Shown: positions 21,936-33,924 of the stretch, piece by piece
How the letters are laid out: the number at the start of each line of letters is the position of its first letter
Position numbering within the stretch: position 1 is the stretch's first letter
The notes under the pieces: generated by a model
Told to the model about the DNA's origin: nothing
What the model saw: only the letters and a program-made list of their open reading frames with translations
The model's database searches: none
Program-made: the position numbers and the translations under genes
NCBI GenBank assembly: GCA_900554315.1
Contig: USGP01000002.1
Span: 10,404 to 74,403 of the forward strand
Direction of reading: 5' to 3'
Origin: an uncultured Mycoplasmatota bacterium
GTDB lineage: Bacteria; Bacillota_I; Bacilli_A; RF39; UBA660
DNA length: 64,000 nt

Positions 21936-23294
21936 TTATTTTTGAGTGTTTTTTAAATCTTTAACATAGTTTTTAAATTCTGTTCCACGAATTTCACACT
22001 CTTTATATTGATCCCATGAAGCTGAAGCAGGACTTAATAAAATAACATCACCCGGAACAGATACTTCATAACACTTTGCAAATCCATCTTTTAAAAACTC
22101 AAAACTATAAACTGGAATTTCCATAGTTTTTGCAAACTGAACTACTCGATTACGACACTCCCCAATCGCAACAATACATTTAACATGATCCAAATAAGAA
22201 GATAACTCAAAGAAATCTTGCCCACGCTCTAAACCACCTAAAATTAAAATAGTAGGATCATCAAAAGAAGATAACGCAATCTGTGTACATTTAATATTAG
22301 TAGCTTCGGTATCATTATAAAATTTACGACCATCTACAGTACCAACATACTCTAAACGATGTTCTACACCAGTAAAATGACGAACCACATCCACAATAAT
22401 AGAATCTGGAATATCTAACTCTTTCGCAACCATCAAAGCCGCCATAACATTTTCTACATTATGTAAACCAGCAATTAAAATATCATCACGATTTAAAATC
22501 TTCTTACCATAATAATAAATATCTCTACCATCTAAATAGCAACCATTAATAGAATTTTCACTTGAGAAAAATTTCTTTATAGACTTAATGTGTTTTGTTT
22601 CATCCAAAACATCTGTATTTTCTACATTTAAAATAGCTATATCATCAGCAGTTTGATTTTGAAATAACTTTGCCTTTACTTTTTTATAAATTTCATAGCT
22701 ACCAAAGAAATCAATATGTGCTGGACTTAAGTTTGTCATAACAGCTATATGTGGACAAAACGTAGATAAATTCTCAAGTTGTTGGCAAGATACTTCCATT
22801 ACTACAATATCCCCCTCTTTCAAATCATTCAAAATTCCAGAAAGAGGATAACCTATATTTCCTGCTAAATGAACTCTATCACCGTATGCTCTTTTAACAA
22901 TCTCATAAGTTAAAGAAGTTGTTGTTGTCTTACCATTGGTACCAGTAATTCCAATAAGAGTAATGTTTTTAGGAAACAAACGATAAGCCATCTCTACTTC
23001 ATTGAGTACTTCAATTCCTAACTCTCTAGCTTTCAAAACATACTTATGATGAATAGGAACACCAGGATTCTTAATAAGATAATCAAAAGAAGAATCTAAC
23101 AAATCATCAGGATGAGAACCAAAAACAAATTCTACACCCATATCTTTCAATTCTTTTATTTTTTCCTGATCTAAAGCATCTTCCTTTTTACTATCATTCA
23201 AAATAACCTGATTACCGCGCTGAACTAAAACCTTAGCAGCTTCATAACCACTTCTTGCAAAACCTAAAATTAAAATCTTATTATTTTCAAACAT
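21936..23294 (-). CDS. murD: UDP-N-acetylmuramoyl-L-alanine--D-glutamate ligase
   Basis: Rossmann N-terminus ILILGFARSGYEAAK, the Mur ligase P-loop GITGTNGKTTT and a C-terminal SPASASWDQY motif. Confidence 0.85.
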   Translation of the reverse strand: MFENNKILILGFARSGYEAAKVLVQRGNQVILNDSKKEDALDQEKIKELKDMGVEFVFGSHPDDLLDSSFDYLIKNPGVPIHHKYVLKARELGIEVLNEVEMAYRLFPKNITLIGITGTNGKTTTTSLTYEIVKRAYGDRVHLAGNIGYPLSGILNDLKEGDIVVMEVSCQQLENLSTFCPHIAVMTNLSPAHIDFFGSYEIYKKVKAKLFQNQTADDIAILNVENTDVLDETKHIKSIKKFFSSENSINGCYLDGRDIYYYGKKILNRDDILIAGLHNVENVMAALMVAKELDIPDSIIVDVVRHFTGVEHRLEYVGTVDGRKFYNDTEATNIKCTQIALSSFDDPTILILGGLERGQDFFELSSYLDHVKCIVAIGECRNRVVQFAKTMEIPVYSFEFLKDGFAKCYEVSVPGDVILLSPASASWDQYKECEIRGTEFKNYVKDLKNTQK

Positions 23295-23411
23295 AATATC
23301 ACCAATATAAGTATACTATAAACTAAAAAAATTAGCCACTGAAATAAGTATAATATATTGAAAGGAATATCTTTTTTATGGTATAATGAACAGAGAATAG
23401 GAGAAGCGTCT

Positions 23412-24650
23412 ATGAGGATAGTAACAATAACCCCTGAACAATTCGACCGCTATGCATCCAGACATAGATACAGAAATTATTATCAGTCATCAGCATACGG
23501 AAAAACCATGAGAAAATTCGGATTTAATATACACTTTTTGGGTATTACAGACGACTCTAATACATTGATTGGCGCTTCCTTAATCATATACAGAGAAGTC
23601 TTCATGGGGCACAAAATTGCTTATGCTCCAAGAGGAATGTTATTTAATTATGATAACCCTAATCAACTACAAGAATTAGCTGAAAAATTAAAAAAAGTAT
23701 TGGGAAAGCAAGGCTTCATGCTTCTAAAAATTGATCCCTACATTCCAGCATCAATTAGAGACCACGAAGGAAACATTATGAATTTTAATAACCAAATAAA
23801 TCTCATAATGGCAAACCTTCAAAAATCAGGGTTTAAACATCAAGGAAGAACCCTATTCTTTGAAGGAGAAAAACCAAGATGGGAAGCTCTAGTGATGTTA
23901 AACAAAGACATTAGAGAAATCTTTAACAGTTTTGATAAAAGAACAAGACACAAGATTAGAAAAGCCGCAAACAGTGGTGTACAATGTTATAAAGATCCAA
24001 GTAAAAATATAAATACTCTTTATAACTTCATTAAAAGAAAATCACCAAAACCGATTGAATTCTATAGAGAATTAATTAGTAATTTTGGAGACAATTGTGA
24101 TGTTTATTATGCTAAAATAAATACGGAAATATATGTAGTAAATAGTAGAAGAGAATATGAACGAGAAATGGATAAAAATAACCTAATAGCAGAAAAAATA
24201 CAACAACCAGACATTTCTCAACAAGCAAAAAATGCACTATTAAATAAAAAAATGGAATCAGATAAGTTATTAAACACTTATAAGAATAGCATGGTACAAG
24301 CCACAGAATTATTAAAACAATACCCAAACGGAATTATTGTTGCTGGAGCAATTGTATTAAAATATGATAATTCTGCATTCTTATATATGGATGGTTTTGA
24401 TACAAAGTTTTCAAATCTTAATCCTGGATATTTATTAAAATGGAGAATGATAGACGACTATAATAAACAGCAACTAAAATATCTAAATTTAAATGCCATT
24501 GTTGGTGAATTTGAAAGAAAAAATAAATTTAGTGGTCTAAACGAAATGAAATTAGGATTTAATTCAATTATTACAGAATATATTGGTGAATTTGATATTA
24601 TATTAAATAATTTTACTTATAACTTATATAGAAACTTTGGAAAAAAATAA
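23412..24650 (+). CDS. FemAB-family peptidoglycan bridge aminoacyltransferase
   Basis: About 410 aa. The N-terminus reads FLQSxxW-like (YYQSSAYGKTM), there is a central coiled-coil insert, and the C-terminal acyltransferase lobe carries YLYMDG / GLNEMKLGF. Start at ATG 23412 after GGAGA. Confidence 0.7.
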   Translation: MRIVTITPEQFDRYASRHRYRNYYQSSAYGKTMRKFGFNIHFLGITDDSNTLIGASLIIYREVFMGHKIAYAPRGMLFNYDNPNQLQELAEKLKKVLGKQGFMLLKIDPYIPASIRDHEGNIMNFNNQINLIMANLQKSGFKHQGRTLFFEGEKPRWEALVMLNKDIREIFNSFDKRTRHKIRKAANSGVQCYKDPSKNINTLYNFIKRKSPKPIEFYRELISNFGDNCDVYYAKINTEIYVVNSRREYEREMDKNNLIAEKIQQPDISQQAKNALLNKKMESDKLLNTYKNSMVQATELLKQYPNGIIVAGAIVLKYDNSAFLYMDGFDTKFSNLNPGYLLKWRMIDDYNKQQLKYLNLNAIVGEFERKNKFSGLNEMKLGFNSIITEYIGEFDIILNNFTYNLYRNFGKK

Positions 24651-24671
24651 ACAATAGAAATCAGGGATAAC

Positions 24672-25046
24672 ATGAAAAAAACAGTTGTCGTACTCTGTGG
24701 TAGTATGAAAGTAAAAAACGAGATATTAAAAATCAAAGATGAACTAGAGAAAATGAATTGTAATGTGCTATTACCAATAGAATGTATGAAAGGTTTACCA
24801 AAAGAAATAGCCTCTAGAGCTCATTTTGACAGAATACAAGATCCGAAAAGTGATATTATACTAGTAGTAAATGCTACAAAAAATGGCATAGAAAATTATA
24901 TTGGACCAAATTCTTTTGCAGAAATTGCATTTGCATTTTATTTTAGAAAAGAAATATGTGTATTAAATGACTTTTATGAACCATACCTAGATGAATTAGA
25001 AGGTTGGAAAGTAAAAGCATTACATGGAGATTTAAAAAACTTATAG
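24672..25046 (+). CDS. Small Rossmann-like protein, possibly of the nucleoside 2-deoxyribosyltransferase-like superfamily
   Basis: VVVLCGSM ... ILVVNATKNGIENYIGPNSFAEIAFAFYFRKEICVL resembles the G...E core of the PF05014-type fold. This is a weak, by-eye assignment. Confidence 0.3.
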   Translation: MKKTVVVLCGSMKVKNEILKIKDELEKMNCNVLLPIECMKGLPKEIASRAHFDRIQDPKSDIILVVNATKNGIENYIGPNSFAEIAFAFYFRKEICVLNDFYEPYLDELEGWKVKALHGDLKNL

Positions 25047-25070
25047 GCATTCAAAGAATGCCTTTTTTTA
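25045..25070 (+). terminator. Intrinsic terminator
   Basis: AGGCATTC-AAA-GAATGCCT followed by T7. Confidence 0.75.
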
Positions 25071-25080
25071 TTGAAACAAA

Positions 25081-25103
25081 AAAAGAACCAAACGGTTCTT
25101 TTT
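25081..25103 (-). terminator. Intrinsic terminator after tuf
   Basis: Minus strand reads AAAAGAACC-GTTT-GGTTCTTTT with a T-run. Confidence 0.7.
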
Positions 25104-25110
25104 ATTACTA

Positions 25111-26295
25111 TTACTCAACGATTTCAGTAACGTTACCAGCACCAACAGTACGTCCACCCTCACGAATAGAGAATTTAGTTCCTTGTTCAAGTGCGATAGA
25201 GTGAATTAATTCAACTTCCATGTTAACGTTATCACCTGGCATTACCATTTCTACACCTTCTGGTAAAGTAATAACACCAGTTACGTCTGTAGTTCTGAAA
25301 TAGAATTGAGGACGATAGTTTGTGAAGAATGGAGTATGACGTCCACCTTCTTCTTTGCTTAATACATAAACTGCAGCTTTGAATTTATGATGAGGTGTAA
25401 CACTTCCTGGTTTAGCAAGAACTTGTCCACGTTCAACTTCTTCACGAGAAATACCACGTAATAATACTCCGGCATTGTCTCCAGCTTCAGCAAAGTCTAA
25501 TTGTTTACGGAACATTTCAATTCCTGTAACAACAGTCTTCTTAGTTGGTTTAATACCAACGATTTCAACTTCGTCATTAAGTTTTAACATACCACGTTCA
25601 ACACGTCCTGTAACAACAGTACCACGTCCAGTGATAGTGAATACATCTTCGATACTCATTAAGAATGGTTTGTCATTATCTCTTTCAGGAGTTGGAATCC
25701 AAGTATCAACAGCATCCATTAATTCGTTGATCTTTTCTACCCACTTAGGATCTCCTTCAAGAGCTTTAAGAGCAGAACCACGGATGATTGGAGTTTCATC
25801 TCCGTCATATCCATATTCGTTTAATAATTCACGAACTTCCATTTCTACTAAGTCTAATAATTCTTCATCGTCAACCATATCACATTTATTTAAGAATACA
25901 ACCATTTTAGGTACTCCAACTTGACGAGCAAGTAAGATATGTTCACGAGTTTGAGCCATAGGTCCATCTGTAGCAGCAATAACTAAGATAGCACCATCCA
26001 TTTGAGCTGCACCAGTAATCATGTTCTTAACATAGTCAGCATGTCCTGGACAGTCAACATGAGCATAATGTCTCTTTTCTGTACTGTATTCAATGTGTGC
26101 AGTATTAATAGTAATACCACGTTCTCTTTCTTCTGGTGCCTTATCGATATTAGCAAATTCAACAGCTTCATTACCATATTTACCAGCTAAAACTTTACTA
26201 ATAGCAGCAGTTAAAGTAGTTTTACCATGATCTACGTGTCCAATTGTACCAATGTTAACATGTGGTTTTGAACGATCAAATTTTTCTTTTGCCAT
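25111..26295 (-). CDS. tuf: Elongation factor Tu
   Basis: [28 protein letters not shown]... is unmistakable. Confidence 0.98.
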   Translation of the reverse strand: MAKEKFDRSKPHVNIGTIGHVDHGKTTLTAAISKVLAGKYGNEAVEFANIDKAPEERERGITINTAHIEYSTEKRHYAHVDCPGHADYVKNMITGAAQMDGAILVIAATDGPMAQTREHILLARQVGVPKMVVFLNKCDMVDDEELLDLVEMEVRELLNEYGYDGDETPIIRGSALKALEGDPKWVEKINELMDAVDTWIPTPERDNDKPFLMSIEDVFTITGRGTVVTGRVERGMLKLNDEVEIVGIKPTKKTVVTGIEMFRKQLDFAEAGDNAGVLLRGISREEVERGQVLAKPGSVTPHHKFKAAVYVLSKEEGGRHTPFFTNYRPQFYFRTTDVTGVITLPEGVEMVMPGDNVNMEVELIHSIALEQGTKFSIREGGRTVGAGNVTEIVE

Positions 26296-26378
26296 ATATT
26301 AATTTCCTCCTTTTTCATTTACAACATATATTTTATCTAATAATTGAAAGATTTTCAACTATTTTGATACACTTTTAA

Positions 26379-28448
26379 CTAATTTCCACTCTTTTTAATA
26401 ATTTCATCAGCAATGTTTTTAGGAACTTCTTCATAATGATCGAAGAACATAACAAATGTTGCACGACCTTGTGTATTAGAACGAAGATTAGTAGCATAAC
26501 CAAACATTTCTGCAAGTGGTACCATAGCACTCAATTTAACAGCGTTACCTTGAGTTTCTTGTCCTAATGGACGACCTCTTCTTGATGTCAAATCACCCAT
26601 AACATTACCAAAATATTCATCAGGTGTAGTAACATCAACCTTCATAATTGGTTCTAATAATACAGGATTACATTTATTTCTAGCTTCTTTTAAAGCCATA
26701 CTTGCAGCAATCTTAAATGCCATTTCATTAGAGTCAACATCATGATAACTACCATCATATAATGTACATTTAACATCAATCATAGGATATCCAGCAAGAA
26801 TACCAGATTGCATTGCTTCTTGTAATCCTTTATCAACAACTGGAATATATTCACGAGGAACAACACCACCAACGATTTGATCAACAAATTCGTATCCTTT
26901 ATCAGGATTTGGTTCAAATTTAACCCAAACGTGTCCATATTGTCCACGACCACCAGATTGTTTAATATATTTACCTTCACATTCTCCAGCTTTCTTAATA
27001 GTCTCACGATAAGCAACTTGTGGAGCACCAACATTGGCTTCAACATGGAACTCACGTTTCATACGATCAACTAATACATCTAAGTGTAACTCACCCATAC
27101 CAGCAATAACTGTTTGACCAGTTTCATGATCAGTATGAACTTTGAAAGTTGGATCTTCTTCAGCTAATTTTTGTAATGCTAAAGCCATCTTATCTTGATC
27201 AGCTTTTGATTTTGGTTCAATAGCTAATTGAATAACTGGTTCTGGGAACTCCATCTGTTCAAGAATAATAGGTTTCTTTTCATCACATAAAGTATCACCA
27301 GTAGTAGTATTCTTAAGACCAACAGCTGCTGCAATATCACCAGTATAAACATCAGAAATTTCTTTACGATGATTTGCATGCATTTGAAGAATACGACCAA
27401 TTCTTTCTTTAGAATCTTTAGTTGAGTTTAATACATAACTACCACTAGATAAATGACCAGAATAAACTCTAAAGAAAGTTAAACGTCCGACAAAAGGATC
27501 AGTCATAACTTTAAATGCTAAAGCTGCAAATGGTTCATTATCACTAGGATGACGAACTGCTTCATTACCATCCAAATCTGTTCCAGTAATTGATGGAATA
27601 TCTAATGGACTTGGTAAATAGTCAATTACAGCATCAAGTAATAACTTAATACCCATATTTCCTAAAGCTGTTCCACACATAACTGGGAAAAATTCAGCTT
27701 TTAATGTACCAGTTCTAATAGCTTTCTTAATCATTTCAACAGTAACTTCTCCACCATCAAGATATGTCATCATCATATCATCATCAAATTCAGCTACTGC
27801 ATCAATTAATTCAGCACGCTTTTCTTCAGCAATGTCTTTAAGATCTGCAGGAATTTCAATTTCCTTAGCGTTTTCTGCTTGTTGTCCATCATATTCATAA
27901 GCCTTCATAGTAACTAAATCAATTACTCCATGGAATTGATCTTCAGCACCAATTGGCCATTCAATAGGTTTTGCATTAACACCTAAACGATCTTTAATTG
28001 TTTTTAAACTGTATTCAAAGTTTGCTCCCATTTTGTCCATCTTATTTGCAAAAATAATTCTTGGAACTTTAAATTCAGAAGCTTGTCTCCAAACAGTTTC
28101 AGTTTGTGGCTCAACACCTGCTTGCGCATCAATCAACGCAACAGAACCATCAAGTACACGCAATGAACGTGAAACTTCAATAGTAAAGTCTACGTGTCCA
28201 GGAGTATCGATAATATTTAAACGATATCCTTTCCAGTGAGCTGTTGTAGCTGCAGAAGTGATAGTAATACCACGTTCTTGTTCTTGTTCCATCCAGTCCA
28301 TTTGTGATTCTCCATCATGAGTTTCACCAATCTTATGAGTAACTCCTGTATGGAACAAAATTCTTTCGGTACAAGTAGTTTTACCTGCATCGATATGAGC
28401 CATAATTCCAATATTTCTTGTCTTTTCTAAAGACGTATCTCTTGCCAT
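26379..28448 (-). CDS. fusA: Elongation factor G
   Basis: [20 protein letters not shown] and DTPGHVDF; 689 aa. Confidence 0.97.
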   Translation of the reverse strand: MARDTSLEKTRNIGIMAHIDAGKTTCTERILFHTGVTHKIGETHDGESQMDWMEQEQERGITITSAATTAHWKGYRLNIIDTPGHVDFTIEVSRSLRVLDGSVALIDAQAGVEPQTETVWRQASEFKVPRIIFANKMDKMGANFEYSLKTIKDRLGVNAKPIEWPIGAEDQFHGVIDLVTMKAYEYDGQQAENAKEIEIPADLKDIAEEKRAELIDAVAEFDDDMMMTYLDGGEVTVEMIKKAIRTGTLKAEFFPVMCGTALGNMGIKLLLDAVIDYLPSPLDIPSITGTDLDGNEAVRHPSDNEPFAALAFKVMTDPFVGRLTFFRVYSGHLSSGSYVLNSTKDSKERIGRILQMHANHRKEISDVYTGDIAAAVGLKNTTTGDTLCDEKKPIILEQMEFPEPVIQLAIEPKSKADQDKMALALQKLAEEDPTFKVHTDHETGQTVIAGMGELHLDVLVDRMKREFHVEANVGAPQVAYRETIKKAGECEGKYIKQSGGRGQYGHVWVKFEPNPDKGYEFVDQIVGGVVPREYIPVVDKGLQEAMQSGILAGYPMIDVKCTLYDGSYHDVDSNEMAFKIAASMALKEARNKCNPVLLEPIMKVDVTTPDEYFGNVMGDLTSRRGRPLGQETQGNAVKLSAMVPLAEMFGYATNLRSNTQGRATFVMFFDHYEEVPKNIADEIIKKSGN

Positions 28449-28463
28449 ATAATGACTCCTTTC

Positions 28464-28931
28464 CTACCATCTATAATGTGCAAAAGCTTTATTAGCTTCA
28501 GCCATTCTATGTGTATCTTCACGTTTTTTAACTGTAGCACCAGTACCATTAGATGCATCAACGATTTCATTAGCTAAGTTATCAGCCATTCCCTTACCAC
28601 CACGGTCACGAGAAAATTTAGTTAACCATCTTAAAGCCAAAGCTTGACTTCTAGCTGGTGATACTTCGATTGGTACTTGATAATTTGAACCACCAACACG
28701 ACGACTCTTAACTTCAAGTTGAGGCTTGATATTTTCCATAGCAGCTTCAAAAACTTCTAGTGGTTCTTTACCAGTCTTATCTTTTACTTTATCAAATGCT
28801 TCATACACGATTGTTTGAGCAATTCCTTTTTTACCATCCAACATAACTGTATTAATTAACTTAGTAACAACTTTAGATTTATATATTGGATCTGGTAAAA
28901 CATCTCTTTTTACTGCACGTCTTTTACGCAT
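28464..28931 (-). CDS. rpsG: 30S ribosomal protein S7
   Basis: [27 protein letters not shown]... ending ...AFAHYRW. Confidence 0.97.
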   Translation of the reverse strand: MRKRRAVKRDVLPDPIYKSKVVTKLINTVMLDGKKGIAQTIVYEAFDKVKDKTGKEPLEVFEAAMENIKPQLEVKSRRVGGSNYQVPIEVSPARSQALALRWLTKFSRDRGGKGMADNLANEIVDASNGTGATVKKREDTHRMAEANKAFAHYRW

Positions 28932-28960
28932 TTTTACTTCCTCCCTTCAAAAACTTAAAA

Positions 28961-29380
28961 TTACTTACTATCTTTTGGTCTTTTAGCACCGTATTTACTA
29001 CGACCTTGTTTACGGTCTTTAACACCAGCAGTATCTAATGTACCACGAATAATGTGATAACGAACACCGATTAAGTCCTTAACACGGCCACCACGAATTA
29101 AAACAACACTGTGCTCTTGTAAGTTGTGTCCAATACCAGGAATATATGTATCAACTTCCTTACCATTAGATAAACGAACACGAGCATACTTACGTAATGC
29201 AGAGTTAGGTTTCTTAGGTGTTTTAGTACCAACACGAGTACATACACCACGTTTTTGAGGAGAGCTAGTATTAGTAGTTTTCTTTGTTAATGTATTCAAT
29301 CCAACATTTAATACTGGAGCGCTACTCTTTCTAACCTTTTTCTTACGTTTATTATGAACTAATTGGTTTAATGTAGGCAT
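28961..29380 (-). CDS. rpsL: 30S ribosomal protein S12
   Basis: [14 protein letters not shown] ... [19 protein letters not shown]. Confidence 0.97.
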   Translation of the reverse strand: MPTLNQLVHNKRKKKVRKSSAPVLNVGLNTLTKKTTNTSSPQKRGVCTRVGTKTPKKPNSALRKYARVRLSNGKEVDTYIPGIGHNLQEHSVVLIRGGRVKDLIGVRYHIIRGTLDTAGVKDRKQGRSKYGAKRPKDSK

Positions 29381-29602
29381 AAAATATATCTCCTTTCTTT
29401 ACACATGTCCAGGTGTATCATCATAGCTCCTAAATAAAACTTTGCCCATGCAAAGTAATTTAATTAGCAGATATAATATAACATTTAGAAAATAGAAAGT
29501 CAATAGAATTAGGAAAAAATAAAAGAAATTTTAATAACAAAAAAGGAATACTATAATTAATGACAAATAGTGTTATAATAATACAGAAAAAGAGGCGAAA
29601 AA

Positions 29603-30025
29603 ATGTATAATGAAATAATAAAAACAGCACATACCCAATCAAGCAAAGCCTTTTTATCTCTAGCCACAAAATTAGGATTAGATACAGACTTTTTTATATC
29701 CGTTTGTGACATTCCTATTGCAATAGAAGAAAACACTTCAACAGCCTTAATAATTAACTCACCAATATCTATGCAAGAAAAAGCTGGAGCGTTACTAATT
29801 TCACAAATGGGCGAAGGAATGCTAAAATGGTATATGTTATCAGCCTATGAAATAACTTATCAGGATAAGTTTGCAGAAGCATTAAAAGACGATTATAACA
29901 CTTTATTAAGATGCTTTGCAGAATTATACGAAAATAAACCACTAGCATTGAACGAAATAGAACAGATAGTATATAAAAGAAAAGAAGCTTTCGACCAAGT
30001 ATTTCCAATAAAAAAACAAGTTTAA
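29603..30025 (+). CDS. Hypothetical protein (140 aa), opposite strand to the flanking rpoC and rpsL
   Basis: RBS AGAGG and a clean ORF that ends in the loop of a bidirectional terminator. No family recognised. Confidence 0.5.
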   Translation: MYNEIIKTAHTQSSKAFLSLATKLGLDTDFFISVCDIPIAIEENTSTALIINSPISMQEKAGALLISQMGEGMLKWYMLSAYEITYQDKFAEALKDDYNTLLRCFAELYENKPLALNEIEQIVYKRKEAFDQVFPIKKQV

Positions 30026-30046
30026 TAATGAAAACTTGTTTTTTTA
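30009..30046. terminator. Bidirectional intrinsic terminator
   Basis: AAACAAGTTT, an 8-nt loop, AAACTTGTTT, with flanking A- and T-runs. Confidence 0.7.
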
Positions 30047-30220
30047 TTCAAGGTTATATTTTAAAATTATATATTCATTCTCCATTAAATGAATATCCGA
30101 ATCTTTTTCATGATCAACGTGATAAACTAAATAACCAATTATAAATAAAAAGATAATAAAAACAACTAAAAAACCAATCATATTAGAAATACCCCAACCT
30201 TTATTATTTAACTTTGCCAT
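30044..30220 (-). CDS. Small membrane protein (58 aa), not in the ORF track
   Basis: Reverse-strand ATG at 30220 is preceded by GGGTGA. Translation is MAKLNNKGWGISNMIGFLVVFIIFLFIIGYLVYHVDHEKDSDIHLMENEYIILKYNLE. It has its own promoter and ends at the bidirectional terminator. Confidence 0.45.
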   Translation of the reverse strand: MAKLNNKGWGISNMIGFLVVFIIFLFIIGYLVYHVDHEKDSDIHLMENEYIILKYNLE

Positions 30221-30237
30221 ATCATCACCCTAATCAT

Positions 30238-30266
30238 ATTTTACTAAAGTTTCCTATGTTTGTAAA
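30238..30266 (-). promoter_or_regulatory. Sigma-A-type promoter for the 58-aa ORF
   Basis: Minus strand reads TTTACA, a 17-nt spacer, then TAAAAT, immediately after the rpoC terminator. Confidence 0.5.
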
Positions 30267-30273
30267 GAAGCAC

Positions 30274-30298
30274 AAAAAAAGGAGTAGAAACCTACTCC
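30274..30298 (-). terminator. Intrinsic terminator after rpoC
   Basis: Minus strand reads GGAGTAG-GTTT-CTACTCC plus T7, overlapping the rpoC stop. Confidence 0.7.
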
Positions 30299-33200
30299 AT
30301 AAATTCATCTTCTAATTTATCTAATGGTTCTTCATCAATAAATTGAGATGCAAGTTCATAATCGACATTACGATAAGCTTTTGCTCCAGTACCAGCTGGA
30401 ATTAACTTACCAATAATAACATTTTCTTTTAATCCTTCTAAGTGGTCAACTTTACCTTTAATAGCAGCATCAGTTAAGATACGAGTTGTCTCTTGGAATG
30501 ATGCAGCTGATAAGAAGGAATCAGTTTCAAGAGCAGCCTTTGTAATACCAAGAAGAATAGGTTTACCAAGAGCAGGCTTTTTACCTTGAATAACAGCTTC
30601 TTTATTACTATCAGTAAATTCACGGAAGTTAACAAGTGATCCAGGAAGAAGTTTGGTATCTCCACCTTCAATAATACGAATCTTACTAATCATACGACGA
30701 GCAATAACTTCGATATGTTTATCTGCAATATCAACACCCTGTGAACGATAAGTATATTGAACTTCTTTCAAGATATACTCTTGAGTAGTAAGTGGATCAG
30801 TAACAGCTAATAATTCTTTTGGACTAATAGCACCCTCAGTAAGCTTATCTCCACAAACAACATCGTCACCTTTTTCAACGCAAAGTTTTGCACCATAATT
30901 AGTAACATGTTCTTTTGTTTCTAATTTGTTAGTAATACTAATCTTAAACTTACCGTGATCTTCTTTAATCTTAGTAACTTTACCATCAATTTCAGCAATT
31001 GTTGCTTTACCTTTTGGATTACGAGCTTCGAATAACTCTTGTACACGAGGAAGACCTTGAGTAATATCTTCTCCACCAGCAACACCACCAGTATGGAATG
31101 TACGCATTGTAAGCTGTGTACCAGGTTCACCGATAGATTGAGCAGCCATAACACCAACAGCTTCACCAATTTCAACTAAGTTACCAGTTGCTAAGTTGCG
31201 ACCATAACATTTTTGACAAACACCGTTAACAGTATTACATGTAAGAATTGTGCGAATTTCTACTTCTGTAATTCCTGCTGCAATAATCTTATCAGCAATA
31301 GATTCTGTAATCAATTGTAATTTATCAACAATAACTTCTTTTGTTTCTGGATTAATAACTTTCTTATTTGTGAAACGACCAACAATACGATCATGTAAGC
31401 TTTCAATAACAGCACCAGTTTTTTCATTGATGAAATCACGAACAACAACACCTTGATCTGTGCCACAATCTTCTTCACGAACAATAATATCTTGAGAAAC
31501 ATCAACTAAACGACGAGTTAAATATCCAGAGTCTGCTGTCTTCAATGCAGTATCTGCACTACCCTTACGAGCACCATGTGTAGATAAGAAGAATTCAGCA
31601 ACAGAAAGACCTTCTTTAAAGTTTGAAAGAACTGGAATTTCAACAGATGATCCATCTGGTTTAGCCATGATACCACGCATACCAGCAATCTGTGTAAAGT
31701 TGGAAATATTACCACGCGCTTTAGAATGCATCATCATGAAGATAGGATTATCTACTTCTTTATTTGCAATTTCTTCAAGTTCTTCTTGAACTTGATCCTT
31801 TGCACCATTCCATGTTTCAATTACTTTATTAAATCTTTCTTCTTCAGTAATAAGACCACGTTTATATTGTTTATTAATCTTATCAACCATCTTTTGATTT
31901 TCAGCAACGATTTCAGACTTTTTATTACTTGTAACAACATCTGCCATACTGATAGTAATACCAGCAATTGTTGAATACTTAAATCCTAAATCTTTTAAAC
32001 TATCAAGCATTGTAGAAGTTTCAGTAGTTTTATAACGCTTAAATACTTGATCAATAATCTTCTCCAAAGTTCCTTTAGCAAAAGGCTTAACTAAAGGCAT
32101 ATCTTTAATAGCAGCTTTAATATCAGTACCTTTTTCCAAGAAATACTTATTAGGAGTAATATTTTGAATATTATCATCCGTAGGTTCATTAATATAAGCA
32201 AATGAATCTGGTAAGATTTCATTAAACTTAATTTTACCAACAGTTGTAACTAAATATTTACCTTTTTGACTCTCAGTAAACAATTTATGTTTAAATGAAT
32301 CAACAGGAATAGCAATACGAGTATGTAGAGTTAATTCACGTCTCTCATAAGCCATTAATGCTTCATTAGTATTTTTAAATACTCTACCTTCACCATCTTC
32401 ACCAGCTTTTTCCATTGTAATATAATAGTTACCTAAAACCATATCTTGTGCTGGTGTAACAATTGGTTTTCCATCAGAAGGTTTCAAAATATTTCCAGAA
32501 CCTAACATCAAAAGTCTAGCTTCAGCTTGTGCTTCTTCTGAAAGTGGAACGTGCACTGCCATTTGATCACCATCGAAGTCTGCATTAAATGCTGGACAAA
32601 CCAATGGATGCAAACGAATAGCTTTTCCACCAACTAAAACAGGTTCAAAAGCTTGAATTCCTAAACGGTGTAATGTAGGAGCACGGTTTAATAATACTGG
32701 ATGCTCTTTAATTACTTCCTCAACAATATCCCAAACAACAGGATCTTGATTATCAATTAATCTCTTAGCAGCTTTAATATTATGAGCAATATCTTTGCTT
32801 ACTAATCCATGAATAACATGAGGTTTAAATAATTCAAGTGCCATTTCTTTAGGAATACCACATTGATACATTTTAAGACTAGGTCCTACAACGATAACAG
32901 AACGTCCAGAATAGTCAACACGTTTTCCTAATAGGTTTTGACGGAAACGACCTTGTTTACCTTTTAACATAGATGAAATTGATTTTAATGGTCTATTTCC
33001 AGCTCCAGTAACACTTCTTCCACGACGACCATTATCAAATAATGCATCTACAGCTTCTTGTAACATACGTTTTTCATTTTGGATAATAATTCCAGGAGCA
33101 CCTAAATCAATAAGTTTCTTTAAACGATTATTACGGTTAATAACACGACGATATAAATCATTTAAATCACTAGTAGCAAAACGTCCACCATCCAACTGAA

Positions 33201-33924
33201 TCATTGGACGTAAATCTGGTGGAATAACTGGAATACAATCTAAAATCATCCATTCAGGTTTATTACCAGAATGATAGAAGGCATCCAAAACATCTAATCT
33301 CTTTAATAAACGAGTTCTCTTTTGACCTTGAGCATTCTTTAATTCTTCTTCTATTTCATCAATTTCTTTCTTCAAATCAACTTTCTTTAATAATTCCTTA
33401 ATAGCTTCAGCACCCATACCAACTTTGAAACCAGTACCATATTTTTCATAATATGCTCTGTATTCTTTTTCTGATAATGTTTGCTTATTTTCAAGAGGTG
33501 TATTTCCTTTATCAATAACTACATAACTAACAAAATATAATACCTCTTCCAAATCTCTTGGACTCATATCAAGAACTAATCCCATACGAGATGGTACACC
33601 TTTAAAGAACCAAATGTGAGAGACAGGAGTTGCTAACTCAATATGTCCCATACGTTCACGACGAACTTTAGAACGAGTTACTTCAACTCCACAGCGATCA
33701 CATACAATATTTTTATAACGTACTCTCTTGTATTTACCACAAGCACATTCGAAGTCTTTTGTAGGTCCAAAAATCTTTTCACAGAATAATCCATCACGCT
33801 CTGGACGAAGAGTACGATAATTAATGGTTTCAGGTTTCTTTACTTCTCCATAAGACCATTCACGAATTTTTTCAGGTGAAGCGATTCCAATTTTTAATGC
33901 ATCAAACTTATTTACTTCTATCAT
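30292..33924 (-). CDS. rpoC: DNA-directed RNA polymerase subunit beta'
   Basis: 1210 aa with the [12 protein letters not shown] catalytic motif and zinc Cys clusters. Confidence 0.98.
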   Translation of the reverse strand: MIEVNKFDALKIGIASPEKIREWSYGEVKKPETINYRTLRPERDGLFCEKIFGPTKDFECACGKYKRVRYKNIVCDRCGVEVTRSKVRRERMGHIELATPVSHIWFFKGVPSRMGLVLDMSPRDLEEVLYFVSYVVIDKGNTPLENKQTLSEKEYRAYYEKYGTGFKVGMGAEAIKELLKKVDLKKEIDEIEEELKNAQGQKRTRLLKRLDVLDAFYHSGNKPEWMILDCIPVIPPDLRPMIQLDGGRFATSDLNDLYRRVINRNNRLKKLIDLGAPGIIIQNEKRMLQEAVDALFDNGRRGRSVTGAGNRPLKSISSMLKGKQGRFRQNLLGKRVDYSGRSVIVVGPSLKMYQCGIPKEMALELFKPHVIHGLVSKDIAHNIKAAKRLIDNQDPVVWDIVEEVIKEHPVLLNRAPTLHRLGIQAFEPVLVGGKAIRLHPLVCPAFNADFDGDQMAVHVPLSEEAQAEARLLMLGSGNILKPSDGKPIVTPAQDMVLGNYYITMEKAGEDGEGRVFKNTNEALMAYERRELTLHTRIAIPVDSFKHKLFTESQKGKYLVTTVGKIKFNEILPDSFAYINEPTDDNIQNITPNKYFLEKGTDIKAAIKDMPLVKPFAKGTLEKIIDQVFKRYKTTETSTMLDSLKDLGFKYSTIAGITISMADVVTSNKKSEIVAENQKMVDKINKQYKRGLITEEERFNKVIETWNGAKDQVQEELEEIANKEVDNPIFMMMHSKARGNISNFTQIAGMRGIMAKPDGSSVEIPVLSNFKEGLSVAEFFLSTHGARKGSADTALKTADSGYLTRRLVDVSQDIIVREEDCGTDQGVVVRDFINEKTGAVIESLHDRIVGRFTNKKVINPETKEVIVDKLQLITESIADKIIAAGITEVEIRTILTCNTVNGVCQKCYGRNLATGNLVEIGEAVGVMAAQSIGEPGTQLTMRTFHTGGVAGGEDITQGLPRVQELFEARNPKGKATIAEIDGKVTKIKEDHGKFKISITNKLETKEHVTNYGAKLCVEKGDDVVCGDKLTEGAISPKELLAVTDPLTTQEYILKEVQYTYRSQGVDIADKHIEVIARRMISKIRIIEGGDTKLLPGSLVNFREFTDSNKEAVIQGKKPALGKPILLGITKAALETDSFLSAASFQETTRILTDAAIKGKVDHLEGLKENVIIGKLIPAGTGAKAYRNVDYELASQFIDEEPLDKLEDEFME

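Noticed and set aside
25475-25924. 149-aa plus-strand ORF
   Set aside because: It is antisense to the highly conserved tuf coding sequence, and its Ser/Thr/Ile-rich translation is typical of a shadow frame. The same applies to 26002-26190, 26780-27074 and 28033-28411 inside tuf and fusA.
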